From: Carpediemonas membranifera BICM | Lineage: Eukaryota; Protista; Fornicata | DNA: 64,000 nucleotides | NCBI GenBank assembly: GCA_019828565.1 | Contig: JAHDYR010000012.1 | Coordinates: forward strand, 1,054,001 to 1,118,000 | Direction of reading: 5' to 3' | In this document: piece by piece, positions 11,174 to 22,629 of the stretch | Position numbering within the stretch: position 1 is the first letter of the stretch | How the letters are laid out: every line of letters begins with the position of its first letter | Program-made: the position numbers and the translations under genes | The notes under the pieces: model-generated | The model's database searches: none | Seen by the model: the letters and a program-made list of their open reading frames with translations, nothing else | Told to the model about the DNA's origin: nothing

Positions 11174-12364
11174 CTACGACCCGCTCTGCCGGGGTTTCGC
11201 TGCGTCCCCATACGTTGGGTGGCCTTCGGCCCGGAGCTTGCGGAGGTTGGCGAGGTCGGCCATGACCTGGTCGAAGTTGGAAGCGGGCACCTCATCGACG
11301 TTCATAGCCACAAAGTGCGCCATGCGGTGAAGTAGGAAGTGGCAGACGTAGCTCCGGGGCCACTTGCTCTGTGCCGGGCGGTCCCTGCTCTCAGTGTAGC
11401 GCCAGGTCACCTCGGTGCTGAAACCCCGGCCCACGGCGATGACCACGTCGATCTGCTTGCCCCATCCCTTCTCATACATAAGCGGCGTGTCGACGGCATT
11501 CTCACACGGGTCGACATGGACGAATGTCCGCCGCTGCCGGTCGTAGTACTCGACCCAAACATGGTCCGCCAGGTCAAACACCATGCGGGCCTCCAGTCCC
11601 ACAGCAAGACACAGCGTCGTGAAGGCGAGTGCGAACTCGCCACACCTGCCCCGGCGCCAGTGTGTCAGGAGATAGGCAACGTCCCGGTAGCGGGGGACCC
11701 TGGTCGTCCGGTGGCACGTCGGGCATGTGTACAGCTCGACTGTCATGGCGTCGTGTGAGATCTCCGCGATCCCCGGCATGTCGCGGCCGGAGGGGCGGCA
11801 GGTGGGGTGGCCGCACGCCTCGCACGGGACGTCCTTGATGAACGTGAACTCACGGTGGAACCACGACGCTAGCGCCTTCACCAGAGCAATGTCGTCAGGC
11901 CCGGCGGCCTTGAGAACATTGAGGTGCGTCGGGATTACGTTTTTGGCGACCTCGAGGGCGTCGTGCCTGTGTGTCTGCAGATACTCCTGGCCGCACCGGA
12001 AGAGCTTCTTATCGAACGCAATGACATTCGGGGCTGGCGGGACAGTGCGCTGGAACCTGTATCTACGGAGGATGGAGAGGAATCGAGCTGCAAACTGGTC
12101 AGGCATGAATTGCAACACCAACGCATACGTGTCCGACTCCGTGGTCACGATATATAACACATCCCCATCATCAATAAGGGTTTCTAGGTCTTTCTCGTTC
12201 GACAGGACGATCCGCTGTCCCGATTTCACAAAATAGTATGCTCCATGGCGAGGAACAATCGCTACACTTTCCAGCTGCATCTGGAAGACATCCATGCCGA
12301 ATTCGGGCTCTATCTCAAGTGTTCTCGTCATATCACCATTCCTCAGGGTTACTTTCTTGGCCAT
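11174..12364 (-). CDS. PNG1: Peptide:N-glycanase (transglutaminase-like core)
   Basis: CEAC/CPTC Zn pairs, RVPRY, RRGRCGEFA, DHVWVEYY, HVDPCE, PLMYEKGWGK, PRQSGS. Confidence 0.92.
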   Translation of the reverse strand: MAKKVTLRNGDMTRTLEIEPEFGMDVFQMQLESVAIVPRHGAYYFVKSGQRIVLSNEKDLETLIDDGDVLYIVTTESDTYALVLQFMPDQFAARFLSILRRYRFQRTVPPAPNVIAFDKKLFRCGQEYLQTHRHDALEVAKNVIPTHLNVLKAAGPDDIALVKALASWFHREFTFIKDVPCEACGHPTCRPSGRDMPGIAEISHDAMTVELYTCPTCHRTTRVPRYRDVAYLLTHWRRGRCGEFALAFTTLCLAVGLEARMVFDLADHVWVEYYDRQRRTFVHVDPCENAVDTPLMYEKGWGKQIDVVIAVGRGFSTEVTWRYTESRDRPAQSKWPRSYVCHFLLHRMAHFVAMNVDEVPASNFDQVMADLANLRKLRAEGHPTYGDAAKPRQSGS

Positions 12365-12572
12365 GACACCGATTCTGTGATTGGCCACCGATTGATTCGC
12401 AGATCGACGCAATGCAGCTCTAATCTCAGCGGTGCGACGCTACTGGTCGTCTATCAGCGGGCCCGCCCTGGCCCATTGACGCCAATCTCGCGCCCTCCGC
12501 CCCAGACATGTTCCTCATCCGTTTACGATGATCTAAGCCCGGAAATTTGTCCTCATGGCCACGATAAGCAGT

Positions 12573-12773
12573 CTATTTCTCTTCTGTTGCAGAGATAGTG
12601 TCGTATATGTGTTTCCCGAGGAGGTGAATGTCGTTTGAGCGTGAAAGTGTCCGTTCCTCCGACAAAATCGGTTCCCCATCAACAACCACGCTGATTTTGG
12701 TAGCTATAAGCCCATTCAATACCTTCGTGGCTTTCTCTGGGCCCAAGGGAACGATAACCCGGTCTTCACTCAT
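12573..12773 (-). CDS. Small hypothetical protein (66 aa)
   Basis: ATG-initiated ORF filling the gap between PNGase and RICTOR; no recognised motif. Confidence 0.3.
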   Translation of the reverse strand: MSEDRVIVPLGPEKATKVLNGLIATKISVVVDGEPILSEERTLSRSNDIHLLGKHIYDTISATEEK

Positions 12774-12913
12774 TGTACTTTGTTTCGGCCAAAATTGTCT
12801 GTCTGCGACTAAATTCCCGTCCCCGATGTCTCCCCTAGGCTGTTCAAGCCCCGCCGAGTGTCTCAAATTACCTCTGGAAATCCCGCAGTCTAACCGATCA
12901 GCTGACGTCGAAG

Positions 12914-15900
12914 ATGGAGGAGAATTCTGCACTGGTTTCCAGGCGGATTACTGCTTGCATCTCAAGCGTTGCGCGCATATCCGACGAAACCAGCACACAC
13001 GACAAGATTGCACTGTTCAACGCCTTTGTTTCATCACTGAAGTCGCCGTACTACGACTACGACCAGCATATACTGCCAATAGAGGAAGAATTCGTCAATA
13101 CACTCCGCATATTTGCTGCAGATCACTCTCGTTCGATCTGCGCCGGCGTGTATCGAGTCTTCAGGTACGCGTCTCGGCCCAATTGCTCTCTCGTGACGGC
13201 GCTGAGGAATACTGGAGTAACATTCATGATCCTCCGGGCCCTAGAACGCGATAAGAACGCCGACCTGGAGCGTGTGGAGGCCGTGAAGCTCATCCGGACA
13301 CTGATTGAGCACAGTCCCCAGCTCGTCCCAACCCACCTCGTGACGTCCATCGCGTCGATGGCTATGGGCCGCAGCAACGACAGCATGCGGGTCCTGTTCC
13401 TGGAGGAGCTCAACAAGCTGCTCCTCGTGAACCCACGTGTGGTGACCCGCGGCGGCGGTGTGGCGGCGCTGCTGTCTCCGGCAGATGACCCCGTCCAGCA
13501 CGTCATGCACGTCATGCAGCAGATCGTGGTCAACCTGCTCATACTCGTGGCGGATGACCGCACCCGCGTCTACCTCCGACCCGACACCGCGCTCCAGTCG
13601 CTACTGGGACCACTGAACGACCACCCCCCGCCCCGCACACGCCAGGTCGACGAGACACGCAAGCTCTCGCAGACACACCGCCAGCGTCTGCAGCTGGCCA
13701 AGCTCGCCCTGGTGACGATGGCGTCGACCTGGTCTGGTCTCATCCTGCTTGGGTCGACCACCACGGGGCTCAGGGCTGTCGTCCGGGCCCTTCTCGTCAG
13801 CACTGACGCCGACGCGAGGGAGACCGTGTTCGCGTCACTCTTCGACATCTTCGGGCTGACCCCCGCAGAGTGCAGCGCGCTGACGGGCATCCTCAAGAAC
13901 CACTCCTCGCGCCCCCAGGACCTGCCCGCCCCGACGATCCCCCAGGGCGTCGCGGCGGCCTTCATGGCGTTCACGGTGACGACGTTCATGCACGCGGGTC
14001 TGTTGGACGTGCTCATCGAGATCGGGTGCTCCGACGACCCCGCCATCTCCATCCCCGCCGTCGTCCTGCTCGGCCATATCATGTTCCTCGCAGATGTCCT
14101 GCTGCCCGACAGACAGCGTGTGAGCATTGCCACGCTCTCTTCGCTGATCACGTCGGCCAGCGGCACCGCCGGTCCCCGGTCCGTTGCCCTCCTGTCCCAG
14201 CTCAACACGCTGTCCGCCGCCCGCCGCTCAACGGACCCGCATCTCGGCCATCTGGCCGTCATCCGGGGCCGCGTGGGGCTGATTATGCAGCACGAGTCGT
14301 TTGTCGACTCCCTCAAGGGCACGCTCGTCGGCTCCCACAGACCTTCCCAGTGGCTCTGGCACCAGGTGCACGAGCTGCTGATGTGCCAGCTGCAGAACTC
14401 GACCAAGTTGTCCGTGGCGATCCAGGAGGGCTGGGTCAAGCGGCTCTTCTCGTTCTTCGACTTCAGCAAGGGCGCGTTTGCCCCCCACCCCCAGGATCTG
14501 CTCGGCCGGACCATGTCGACGTGCGGCGTGCTCCTACTGGAGCTAATGGTGTCGGATGACACGGCCCGAGCGTATCTGTTCGACCAATGCGGGTTCTTCC
14601 TGCAGTCCATCCAGCAGGCCCTCGCGTCGGTCATCGCCAACCCCACTGACAGTACCAACATCCTCAGCACGCACCGCATGTCCCACACCCTGGCTGGCGA
14701 CATATTCACGTTCGTCGGCGTCCTCTCCCGCTTCCACGGCGGGTCCGCCCTGCAGGAAGCCCGCATCATGAGCGAGTTGTACGGCATCGCTAGCCTCGAC
14801 GAGCGGGAGGACCTCATCCGGGCGATGATCCAAGCGCTGGACTACAGCTCGGACGGACACACCCGCATCCTGCTTGGAACCGTCATGACGTCGTTCGAGC
14901 TGCGGTCTGTCCGCTTCTGGGCCACGGCGCACCTGTCCACGGTCCTCAAGCAGGAGGGGCCCGCCTCCTTCTCCTGGGCCATCGACCTGCTCGTGACCCA
15001 GCTCTTCGACCCATCCGCAGAGGTCGTCGCGGCCTCATTGCAGGTTCTGGTGCGGGCGTGCAAGGACCCCTACCTCCTCGATGAACTCGTCAAACGCCGG
15101 CCGAACATCGTCAACGTCTGCTCTGGCTCCCAGGGCGATGGCTTGACCATGCGGCTGCTGGGGACCGACGCCGGCCTGCAGTACCTGGTCGACGTCGGCT
15201 GGATCGAGCCCGAGCTGCACCGCTGGGTGACCAAGGCTGTCTACGAGTACCCTATCCTTGTTGACCGCGCCCTCAAGGCCGCCGTTCATTCGACCCCCGG
15301 CACCAAGGGTCAGGCAGGTCTGCCGCCGCACCTCATCGCCGAGCTGTGTGCCACGGCAGCGGGCGTTGAAATGGTCCGCAAGTCTGAGATCGTGCAGACG
15401 ATGGTTCCCCTGCTGGAGATAGGGTCGGAGCACCTCAGGGCCGCACTGTGGATGCTGGCACTCATAGGGGGGACGGAGAGGGGATGCGACGCGTTCATCC
15501 TGGACGAGGAGGCAGACGGGCCGCCGACGTCCAGGATCATCGAGCGTATCGTCAACATAGCGGAGACTGCGCCCAACTTTGATGACAGGGGGGCCGCGTT
15601 CCTCGCCGTCGGGCAGCTGCACTCACCCAAGGCCGTAGCCGTTGTCGAGTCGCTCGGCTGGGACGTCCACCGCACCCTCTCACTCGCGGTGCCGCGGGAG
15701 ACGACGCGCGTCATCCACATGGCGCCGTACCGCTTCATCGGCTCCCCCCTTGGGCCGGACTTCGGCGTGGGAGCTTGTTCGGACCCCACCGCAGACGGCG
15801 AGGCCGGGTCTGGACCAGACCCGAGCCGCGGTGCCGAGTGGGGTGTCCAGGAGGCGGCCGATCTCACCCGCACCGCCGTGGAGGTCTGCTACTCGGGGCC

Positions 15901-16189
15901 GCGGTTCGAGTCAGAGGCGGAGCAGGCGGCATACGAGGCCATCCAGCTGGCCCAGAACCCCGTCTCGCAGGACGAGAGCCTGGGCCGACTCCGGGCGATC
16001 AGGGCCCGGTACCCGCAGCTCTTCCTCAGCGGGAGACTGCTCATCGCCGCCACGAACCTGTTCGGGCTGTACCGGTGCCGGGACACGGTCCGGCGCAGTG
16101 TGTTGGCTCAGTTTGACCACGTTCCCCCCGAGGAGTGCTTCGAGGTGTTCGACGACATGAGGGCGTGCGGGGAGCTCTTTCTGGATTAG
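12914..16189 (+). CDS. RICTOR: TORC2 subunit RICTOR/Avo3
   Basis: ALERDKNADLERVEAVKLIR, LDYSSDGHTRILL, VRFWATAHL, WAIDLLVTQLFDP, LPPHLIAEL and LRAALWMLALIG match Rictor N/M/V domain motifs. Confidence 0.9.
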   Translation: MEENSALVSRRITACISSVARISDETSTHDKIALFNAFVSSLKSPYYDYDQHILPIEEEFVNTLRIFAADHSRSICAGVYRVFRYASRPNCSLVTALRNTGVTFMILRALERDKNADLERVEAVKLIRTLIEHSPQLVPTHLVTSIASMAMGRSNDSMRVLFLEELNKLLLVNPRVVTRGGGVAALLSPADDPVQHVMHVMQQIVVNLLILVADDRTRVYLRPDTALQSLLGPLNDHPPPRTRQVDETRKLSQTHRQRLQLAKLALVTMASTWSGLILLGSTTTGLRAVVRALLVSTDADARETVFASLFDIFGLTPAECSALTGILKNHSSRPQDLPAPTIPQGVAAAFMAFTVTTFMHAGLLDVLIEIGCSDDPAISIPAVVLLGHIMFLADVLLPDRQRVSIATLSSLITSASGTAGPRSVALLSQLNTLSAARRSTDPHLGHLAVIRGRVGLIMQHESFVDSLKGTLVGSHRPSQWLWHQVHELLMCQLQNSTKLSVAIQEGWVKRLFSFFDFSKGAFAPHPQDLLGRTMSTCGVLLLELMVSDDTARAYLFDQCGFFLQSIQQALASVIANPTDSTNILSTHRMSHTLAGDIFTFVGVLSRFHGGSALQEARIMSELYGIASLDEREDLIRAMIQALDYSSDGHTRILLGTVMTSFELRSVRFWATAHLSTVLKQEGPASFSWAIDLLVTQLFDPSAEVVAASLQVLVRACKDPYLLDELVKRRPNIVNVCSGSQGDGLTMRLLGTDAGLQYLVDVGWIEPELHRWVTKAVYEYPILVDRALKAAVHSTPGTKGQAGLPPHLIAELCATAAGVEMVRKSEIVQTMVPLLEIGSEHLRAALWMLALIGGTERGCDAFILDEEADGPPTSRIIERIVNIAETAPNFDDRGAAFLAVGQLHSPKAVAVVESLGWDVHRTLSLAVPRETTRVIHMAPYRFIGSPLGPDFGVGACSDPTADGEAGSGPDPSRGAEWGVQEAADLTRTAVEVCYSGPRFESEAEQAAYEAIQLAQNPVSQDESLGRLRAIRARYPQLFLSGRLLIAATNLFGLYRCRDTVRRSVLAQFDHVPPEECFEVFDDMRACGELFLD

Positions 16190-16580
16190 GGCCCCGCCGT
16201 GTTACATAGCCAATAGAGGCCATCTGTCTCATCTAAAATTTATTTTTTCCACAGGCCTGATCCAGATCCGATTCTGTTACAGACGGATATGAAAGTGTCA
16301 TTCGTCTTCAAAAGTCTATTCTGGAAAATTGCATCGGATTCTCTCCCACGGCCGGAGTTGCACGATTTGATTTTCCTGCGATCAATGTCGGCCGGTGAAA
16401 GGATTGATGTGATCATTCGCTGGACAGTGTGTTTAGCTCAGCCCGACGGAAACGGGAAACCCTGATCACATTATCCACGTTATCGGGATTGCCATCAACG
16501 CTAGGCCGAGCAGGATCTTCGCATCGACGTGAGATTCTGACGTTCGGGCAGCGACTCAATTCTCGGGTCACGAGTGAGAG

Positions 16581-17747
16581 ATGAGCGACGAAGAAGTGAG
16601 AGTGAAGCCTACGCCTGTTCAATCAAAGCCTACAGATCCATATGGAGCTCCTTATTCGCCCTCAACGAAATTTAACGCACTTCCGAAGAGGAATACGTCG
16701 ATTAGAACGCAAAGCCTGGATAGAAGACGTTCAATGGACGAAAGCTACCCCAGGCTATCTAATTTTAACACTGGTGGGACGGTTAAACGCGCCAAATCGC
16801 GTCCAGCGTCGGAAGCCAGCTTTTCTTTGGGCGACGAAGAAGATGATGCCCTGTCCTCGATTCACAGCCTCCCCTTCGACCCAGAACTATCCCCCATGCC
16901 CCTCGACGATGTAGGGAATAGCAAGTTGATGTTGACGAGGAAATGGGCGTTAACGCCGAAGAACCTCGCCATCGTCATTGCCGCCCACCTGTTTTGCTGG
17001 ACGATAGCGTCCGCTGTGACTATCAGCATCCTCGGCATCGGCTTCGGCGTGGTAGCGCATTTTAGCGAGGCAGTCTCCTTCGCGATTTGCGTGGCCATCG
17101 TCATTGTCGTCGCCCCCGCTCTCACGGCGCTGTCGGTCGCCGTCCAGGCCATCAAGTACACCTGGGGCTGGCCTTGGTTCATCAAGCTTACAATCCTATT
17201 CGCCATGTTCGGCTGGGTCTTCAGCGCCTTACTCGGCGCGGCCGTCTTCGTGGCGATCGGTGTGATCACACAGACGTGGCCCACGTGGGTCATCTTCGCT
17301 CTCGCAGTCCCCACATATATCATCTCTACGCTCGCCGTGTTTGTCGCGGCGCTCTCCCACTGGGTCCTGATGAGGTATCTCGAGGCCCGCAACGACAAGG
17401 ATGCCACGGAGCGCATCAACGCCACGCTGACATACATCTGGATGGTCAGCTGCAACGGCGCCATCCTGCTGGCCTGCTTCGTTGGCATGACCACCGCCAT
17501 CGCCATCGTCGGCGAGCTCATCAACGTCCTGATCTTCAACTCGCAGTACCCCGTCGTCGTCGGTGTTGTCTCGTGCACACTGGGCGTCCTTGCCGCAGCC
17601 CTGTTCATCGCGTACAAGGGCTACCGTTTCTTCCTTGGCCGCAAGGGCGAGGCTGACGGCGAGGAGGAGGACGACGACGACATTGACGAGGAGGCGCCTG
17701 CCGAGGCTGATGCCGTGGGCGAGGAGACCGTTGTGCTCGCTGAATGA
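16581..17747 (+). CDS. Multi-pass membrane protein (about 6 TM), unknown function
   Basis: Disordered N-terminus, six hydrophobic segments, acidic tail. Confidence 0.7.
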   Translation: MSDEEVRVKPTPVQSKPTDPYGAPYSPSTKFNALPKRNTSIRTQSLDRRRSMDESYPRLSNFNTGGTVKRAKSRPASEASFSLGDEEDDALSSIHSLPFDPELSPMPLDDVGNSKLMLTRKWALTPKNLAIVIAAHLFCWTIASAVTISILGIGFGVVAHFSEAVSFAICVAIVIVVAPALTALSVAVQAIKYTWGWPWFIKLTILFAMFGWVFSALLGAAVFVAIGVITQTWPTWVIFALAVPTYIISTLAVFVAALSHWVLMRYLEARNDKDATERINATLTYIWMVSCNGAILLACFVGMTTAIAIVGELINVLIFNSQYPVVVGVVSCTLGVLAAALFIAYKGYRFFLGRKGEADGEEEDDDDIDEEAPAEADAVGEETVVLAE

Positions 17748-17925
17748 GGCTGTAAATCGCACATTTGACGTGTGTTCATCAGGCAAGTGCGGGCGTCATC
17801 AACCGGCGTGCGAAGGAAGGCGCTGAATCTGGGCCCTGGATCAGGCGCGCATGGTCGCTGGTCAACCCGGTCCATGAGAGCCTGCATTTATGGTCGGGAT
17901 ATGTTAACGGGTTCCAGCCACGCCG

Positions 17926-19617
17926 ATGCCAGTTCATCGGCCATCAACATCAACCAAGGGTTCTACAGTGCATAGAAAGCGTAGGGGATCTGTATCAACA
18001 GCATCCAGCGGCTCATCTACACACCGCGGTCCCGCAACACCAAGGAATGCGCCTGCCCGCGTAAAATCAGCCATGCCACGGCTATCGCCATCAAAGAAAG
18101 CTATCGTCGACTTAGAAGACAGCGAATCGGCGATCCACATGGCCGCACGGCTCATCAAGGACGCGGACTTCCTGCTGATCTCTGCTGGCGCCGGGTTCAG
18201 CGCTGATTCTGGCCTTCCGACCTACGATGAGATCGCTAACGTGGAGGCATACCACCGCATGGGCATCACATACGGTGACCTCTGCGACCCGTCCTGGCTG
18301 CGCCGGGATCCCGAAATATTTTACGGCTTTTGGGGCGGTTGCTACAACGCCTACCTGGACACCGAGCCCCACGCAGGGTACGCCATCGCACGCATGTTTC
18401 ACGACTACATCACCAACCACCGGGCGCCGGGCGTGCTGCCCGTGGCGTCGCACGTGTACACGTCCAATGTCGACGAGCACTTCATTCGTGCGGGGTGGAA
18501 GCCGTCGCAGGTCACCGAGATACACGGGAACTGCCTCACCTGGCAGTGCGCCAAGCCGTGCTGCAGCAAGACGTTCCACCTCCCATCCGGCTTCAAGTTC
18601 TCAATCGACAAGCTCACCCAGCGTGCCCGTCTGCCGCTGCCCACGCCCGCCCTACCACCGCCCACAGTGCCGGTATCGCCCAGGAACACGGCCAGGGTTA
18701 CGTACGGTGACCTGCAGTACAGACTCGACCCCCGCGCCGTCCGGCAGCGAGCGTCCAACGTCGACCCCGTCGTCAGCGGGATAGTCTGGGAGAACTCCCG
18801 CAGGCCCCTGTCCCGGGCACCGCCGGGTCCCAACAGCATCACGACGCGCCGTCCCAAGGGCCCTGACGCGAGTGCCCGGTCAGTGGTGACACCGCCCGCC
18901 GGGTTGTACTCGTCACGTGTCTCGGTCGGGTCGGACGCCCTCACGGCATGCCCCTCCATCCCCGCATTCAGACAGCCCAGCGCCGCGCCGGACCGCCTGA
19001 GGGCTGTGGAGGCGAGGATCGCGGATATGGAGGCCGCCAGTGCCTTCGTCAAGACATCGCCCGTCTTCCCCAAGAAGGTCTCTGCCTGCTCGACCACCCG
19101 CCCCCTCCCCCCGCCGTCCCCGGGCCCAACGTTCGTCGGTGCCCCCGCGGGTCGGCGGGGCAGCGTCGGTACGAGGCCGGCGCCACAGCCGCTCAAGTCG
19201 GCGCCGGTGACGCCCAGGGGCGATTCCACGAAGGGGTCGAACCACCCGAGATGCCCCTTCTGCTTCGGTCCGGCCCGGCCGAACGTGCTGATGTTCGACG
19301 ACGGCGAGTGGGTCGACGTGCCCGAGACCAAGTACGAGGGTTGGCTCAGGTCCGTATGGGCCGCGATGAAGGAGGACAAGGGCAGGACGTTGGTCGTGCT
19401 GGAACTGGGCTGCGGCATCCGGGTGCCGACGATCCGTCAGAACTCCCACAAGCTCGTTGCCCGCGGTCTGAAGGGCTTCGACGGCCGGGTGGTGCTCATA
19501 CGCGTGAACCCAGTCCACTTCGCCAACAAGATGGCGAAGCAGAAGAAGTCTACCGTCTCGATCAAGGAGGGCGCACTTCAGGCTCTCCGGGACATCGCCC
19601 AGGCCATGCTCGACTGA
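17926..19617 (+). CDS. Sirtuin-family NAD-dependent deacylase with a large insertion in the Zn domain
   Basis: LISAGAGFSADSGLPTY, YTSNVD, EIHGN, CAKPC...CPFC, ARPNVLMFDD, LELGCG..VPTIR, LIRVNP. Confidence 0.85.
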   Translation: MPVHRPSTSTKGSTVHRKRRGSVSTASSGSSTHRGPATPRNAPARVKSAMPRLSPSKKAIVDLEDSESAIHMAARLIKDADFLLISAGAGFSADSGLPTYDEIANVEAYHRMGITYGDLCDPSWLRRDPEIFYGFWGGCYNAYLDTEPHAGYAIARMFHDYITNHRAPGVLPVASHVYTSNVDEHFIRAGWKPSQVTEIHGNCLTWQCAKPCCSKTFHLPSGFKFSIDKLTQRARLPLPTPALPPPTVPVSPRNTARVTYGDLQYRLDPRAVRQRASNVDPVVSGIVWENSRRPLSRAPPGPNSITTRRPKGPDASARSVVTPPAGLYSSRVSVGSDALTACPSIPAFRQPSAAPDRLRAVEARIADMEAASAFVKTSPVFPKKVSACSTTRPLPPPSPGPTFVGAPAGRRGSVGTRPAPQPLKSAPVTPRGDSTKGSNHPRCPFCFGPARPNVLMFDDGEWVDVPETKYEGWLRSVWAAMKEDKGRTLVVLELGCGIRVPTIRQNSHKLVARGLKGFDGRVVLIRVNPVHFANKMAKQKKSTVSIKEGALQALRDIAQAMLD

Positions 19618-19736
19618 GCCTTTTAAACTTTCCGTCAGCAAGTGTCTATTGGGGTCATTCCGTGGTGTTCGGCGTCAGATTGCGCGGACTTGGTCAACTC
19701 GGGGAGGGTGCGCAATTCGGCGGCTTGCCGCCAGAG

Positions 19737-22599
19737 ATGAATAATCTGGATGTTACGAGCTGGTCTGAGTACGATAAGCTCACAAGAACATTGCTAGATG
19801 AATCCCCGTCGAAGGCCGGCGACCTCGTCCTCGCGTTTGTTTCGGTATTTGCTTTTATCCAGTTTCCTCAACGAGCATGCCTCTCCAACCATTCCTGCGC
19901 CTGAAAAGAAGAAATCATCGTCCTCGAAGAAGCAGCGCAAGCAGGCGTCGGTTCCTACGAAGCCTATCACGAGATCGCCTTCGCCGCCAGTTACCACGAG
20001 AGCCATAGCCAAAGCGACGCCTCCTCCGACACAGGAGCGCGCACGGTCGGCCCCACCGGAGCTTCTAGGCTCCAGATTGTCCTCATTGGCCACTGTCCCG
20101 ACGCCAGACCAGTCCTCGCGCCGTGTGAAGTTCCAGCTGCACGGGTTCGGGTCACCACAGGGCCTCGGGCCCCGCACTCCGCCGGGGACGGGCAAGAAGA
20201 AGCGCGACTCTCGGCTGACAGCGTCGCCGCACGTGATGAGCATGCCGTCCCCGCCCAAGCACTCGCCCAACGACCCCGTCATCGTCCGGCCACACGCCTG
20301 GACCCCGCCGGCCCAGCCGAAGCCGCAGCCAGCGGAGAAGAAACCGTCGCCATTATTGAGGAGCCCACCGAAACGTCGATCACCGCCTGCCGCGGTCCCG
20401 GTGCAACAGCCTGCCCTGTCGATCCGGCCGACGACGTCCTCGATGGTCACGGATCCCGCTGGTATGGCGCGGGGCTACAGCTACACGATGTCGCCGGAGT
20501 ACCGGCAGGCCCTCGAGGGCCGCGTGGCCCAGCAGCGGGCCGACCGGGTCAGCTCGCCCGGGAGCCCGGCCGTGCGGGGGATGCCGAGCCCCAGCCCTGC
20601 ACAGCAGCAGAGGGAGGCGCCGCCCACCCCCACCGCCATCCCCATGCCCCGCAGCCCCCCGTGCGTCCGCGTCACCCCGCGCACTGAGCCGAGGACACCG
20701 CCGAGCCCGTCGCCCAAGCAACCCAGCTCGGCCATGGAGGTCCCGCTGCAGGCTGTGACCGACTTCGACCGCATGAAAGCCGCCCTGCACTGGTGGAACC
20801 TGCAGACCAGGTGTCGCGTGTTCGAGCGGTTCTGGGCCCAGGATCGGATCCAGCCGTGGTTCGCCTCCGTGCGGGCCCGAAACAAGGCCATCAGGACCAT
20901 AGCTGCTCGGCGGGATCGGGTGCGGTTCCAGGCGGCCTTGCGGGCATGGCAGACGCACGTCGCGGCGTCGCGGAGACAGAGGGCGGCCGTCCAGTCATTC
21001 GAGGCGAGGGCTACCCATCGTCTGCAGGCCCTGGCCCTTGCCCGCTGGGCCCAGACCGTCGCCCTCATCCAGCTGCGGCACAGGTCGGTGTCGCGTGTCC
21101 GGAGTCGACGGGTGAGCCTGGCCTTCGCGGTCTGGGTCGACTCCGCCCGAGGCCGCCAGCTGTCCCGGGCCGTGGCGGTTGCTGTCCTGGACAGAGCCAT
21201 CGCCAACGTTCCCAGGGCGCCCGTGGGCGGCTGGTGGCGTCACACACTATCAGCCGGTATCGGCCGCCGTCACCTGCAAGCGTGGCACGCGGTCGTGGTC
21301 GCCAATGCTGCCGATGAGGCCTCCACCGGCGCCAAGGCCGCGAGAATGTTCAGGTCTTGGCGGATGGTGACCGCGGAGGGGCGACGGAAGGCCGTGCTGG
21401 CCAGGATCGGTCGGAGATACGCCTCGACCGCTGGAATGAGACCTGCCTTTGCACATTGGCGAGAGGCCTGGGCTATTGCGGCGGTCCGGAGGCGACGAGA
21501 CCGGCATTTGCTGGCTGCTGGATTCCAGCAGTGGTCGCAGGAGGTGCAGAATCAAGATGCGGTCGATATCCTCGACCCCGCGGCGTTCGAGCCCCGCCCC
21601 GCCACCCCGACCTCCGGCATCTCGGACTCAGCCATCGCCCAGGCCGTCACCCCGCAGCCCGCCCAGCCCGCGCGAGCACCCGCACCGGCTGTGTTCGTTA
21701 CCCACCCCGTCATTCAACCCGCGCCTGCTGACACCGATGACGAGATCACGGTGAGGCGGGGCCCTGCCGAGCAGCCGGTGCCCAGGCCCGAGCCGAGCGC
21801 TGTGACGGTCGGGCCAGAGTCCGACATCTCGTTCTCCAGCGCCAGCTCCAGCGATGATACGTTCCTGCTGTCGATGCTCGCCGACATGGGCACCCCGAGC
21901 CCTACCCTGCCTACCAGCCCCCCCGTCCGGGAGACCGCGCCCGAGCTCCCCAAGCCCCCGGGCTACGCCAAGTCTACCGAGCACCCGCCCCGCGACGTGG
22001 TTCAACCGACTGGCCGGGCGGTGGAGGTGCCCCTGCCTAAACCTACGGTGATCAAGGTCGACCCAGCACCCGCACCGAGGCCGGCAAGGCCGCCACTGTT
22101 GTCCGAGACGACCGACTTCACCAGCAAGCCAGCGAGACCAGCAGGCCAGCCCAAAGTCGAGACAATCGAGGGCTTCGTGCAAGTGAAGCCGAGGGAGATG
22201 CCCAGGATTGCCCCCGAGCCCCAGGGCGTCGCCCACTTCACTCCGACCAGATCCCACGCCCCAGCGCCCAAGGAGGAGGTCATCGTGCCAGAGCCCAGGC
22301 GGATCGACCGGGTGGTGGCCCAGACTACGGCGGGCACCCAGACGGAGTCGAGCCTGTGCGCAGACCCGGCCCCGCCCGTGAGCCAGCCGATGGTGTGCCC
22401 GACGACTATGCCCAGCCCGTGGACGGCGGTGACCCTGCCCACGCTCAGCCTCAGGCACGTCAACCGGCGGGAGGACTTCCCCATCACTCAAGGTGTGCTC
22501 GCGGCGTACCGTCAGGCGCGGCAGAGCAGGAGCGTGACCTCGGTGGCCAGCACGGCCGAGCAGCTTGGGCTGACCATCACTCGGCGACTGTGCAGCTGA
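19737..22599 (+). CDS. Pro/Ser-rich protein with Sfi1-like (centrin-binding type) W repeats; probable 2 exons
   Basis: Central region with periodic A[LF]xxW motifs (ALRAWQ, ALARWA, AFAVWV, HLQAWH, MFRSWR, AFAHWR, GFQQWS). Putative 28-nt GTTTGT...TATCCAG intron 19835-19862 keeps the frame. Confidence 0.6.
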
Positions 22600-22629
22600 G
22601 GCAGCAAGGAGCTGTTATTTAGAGTTACA

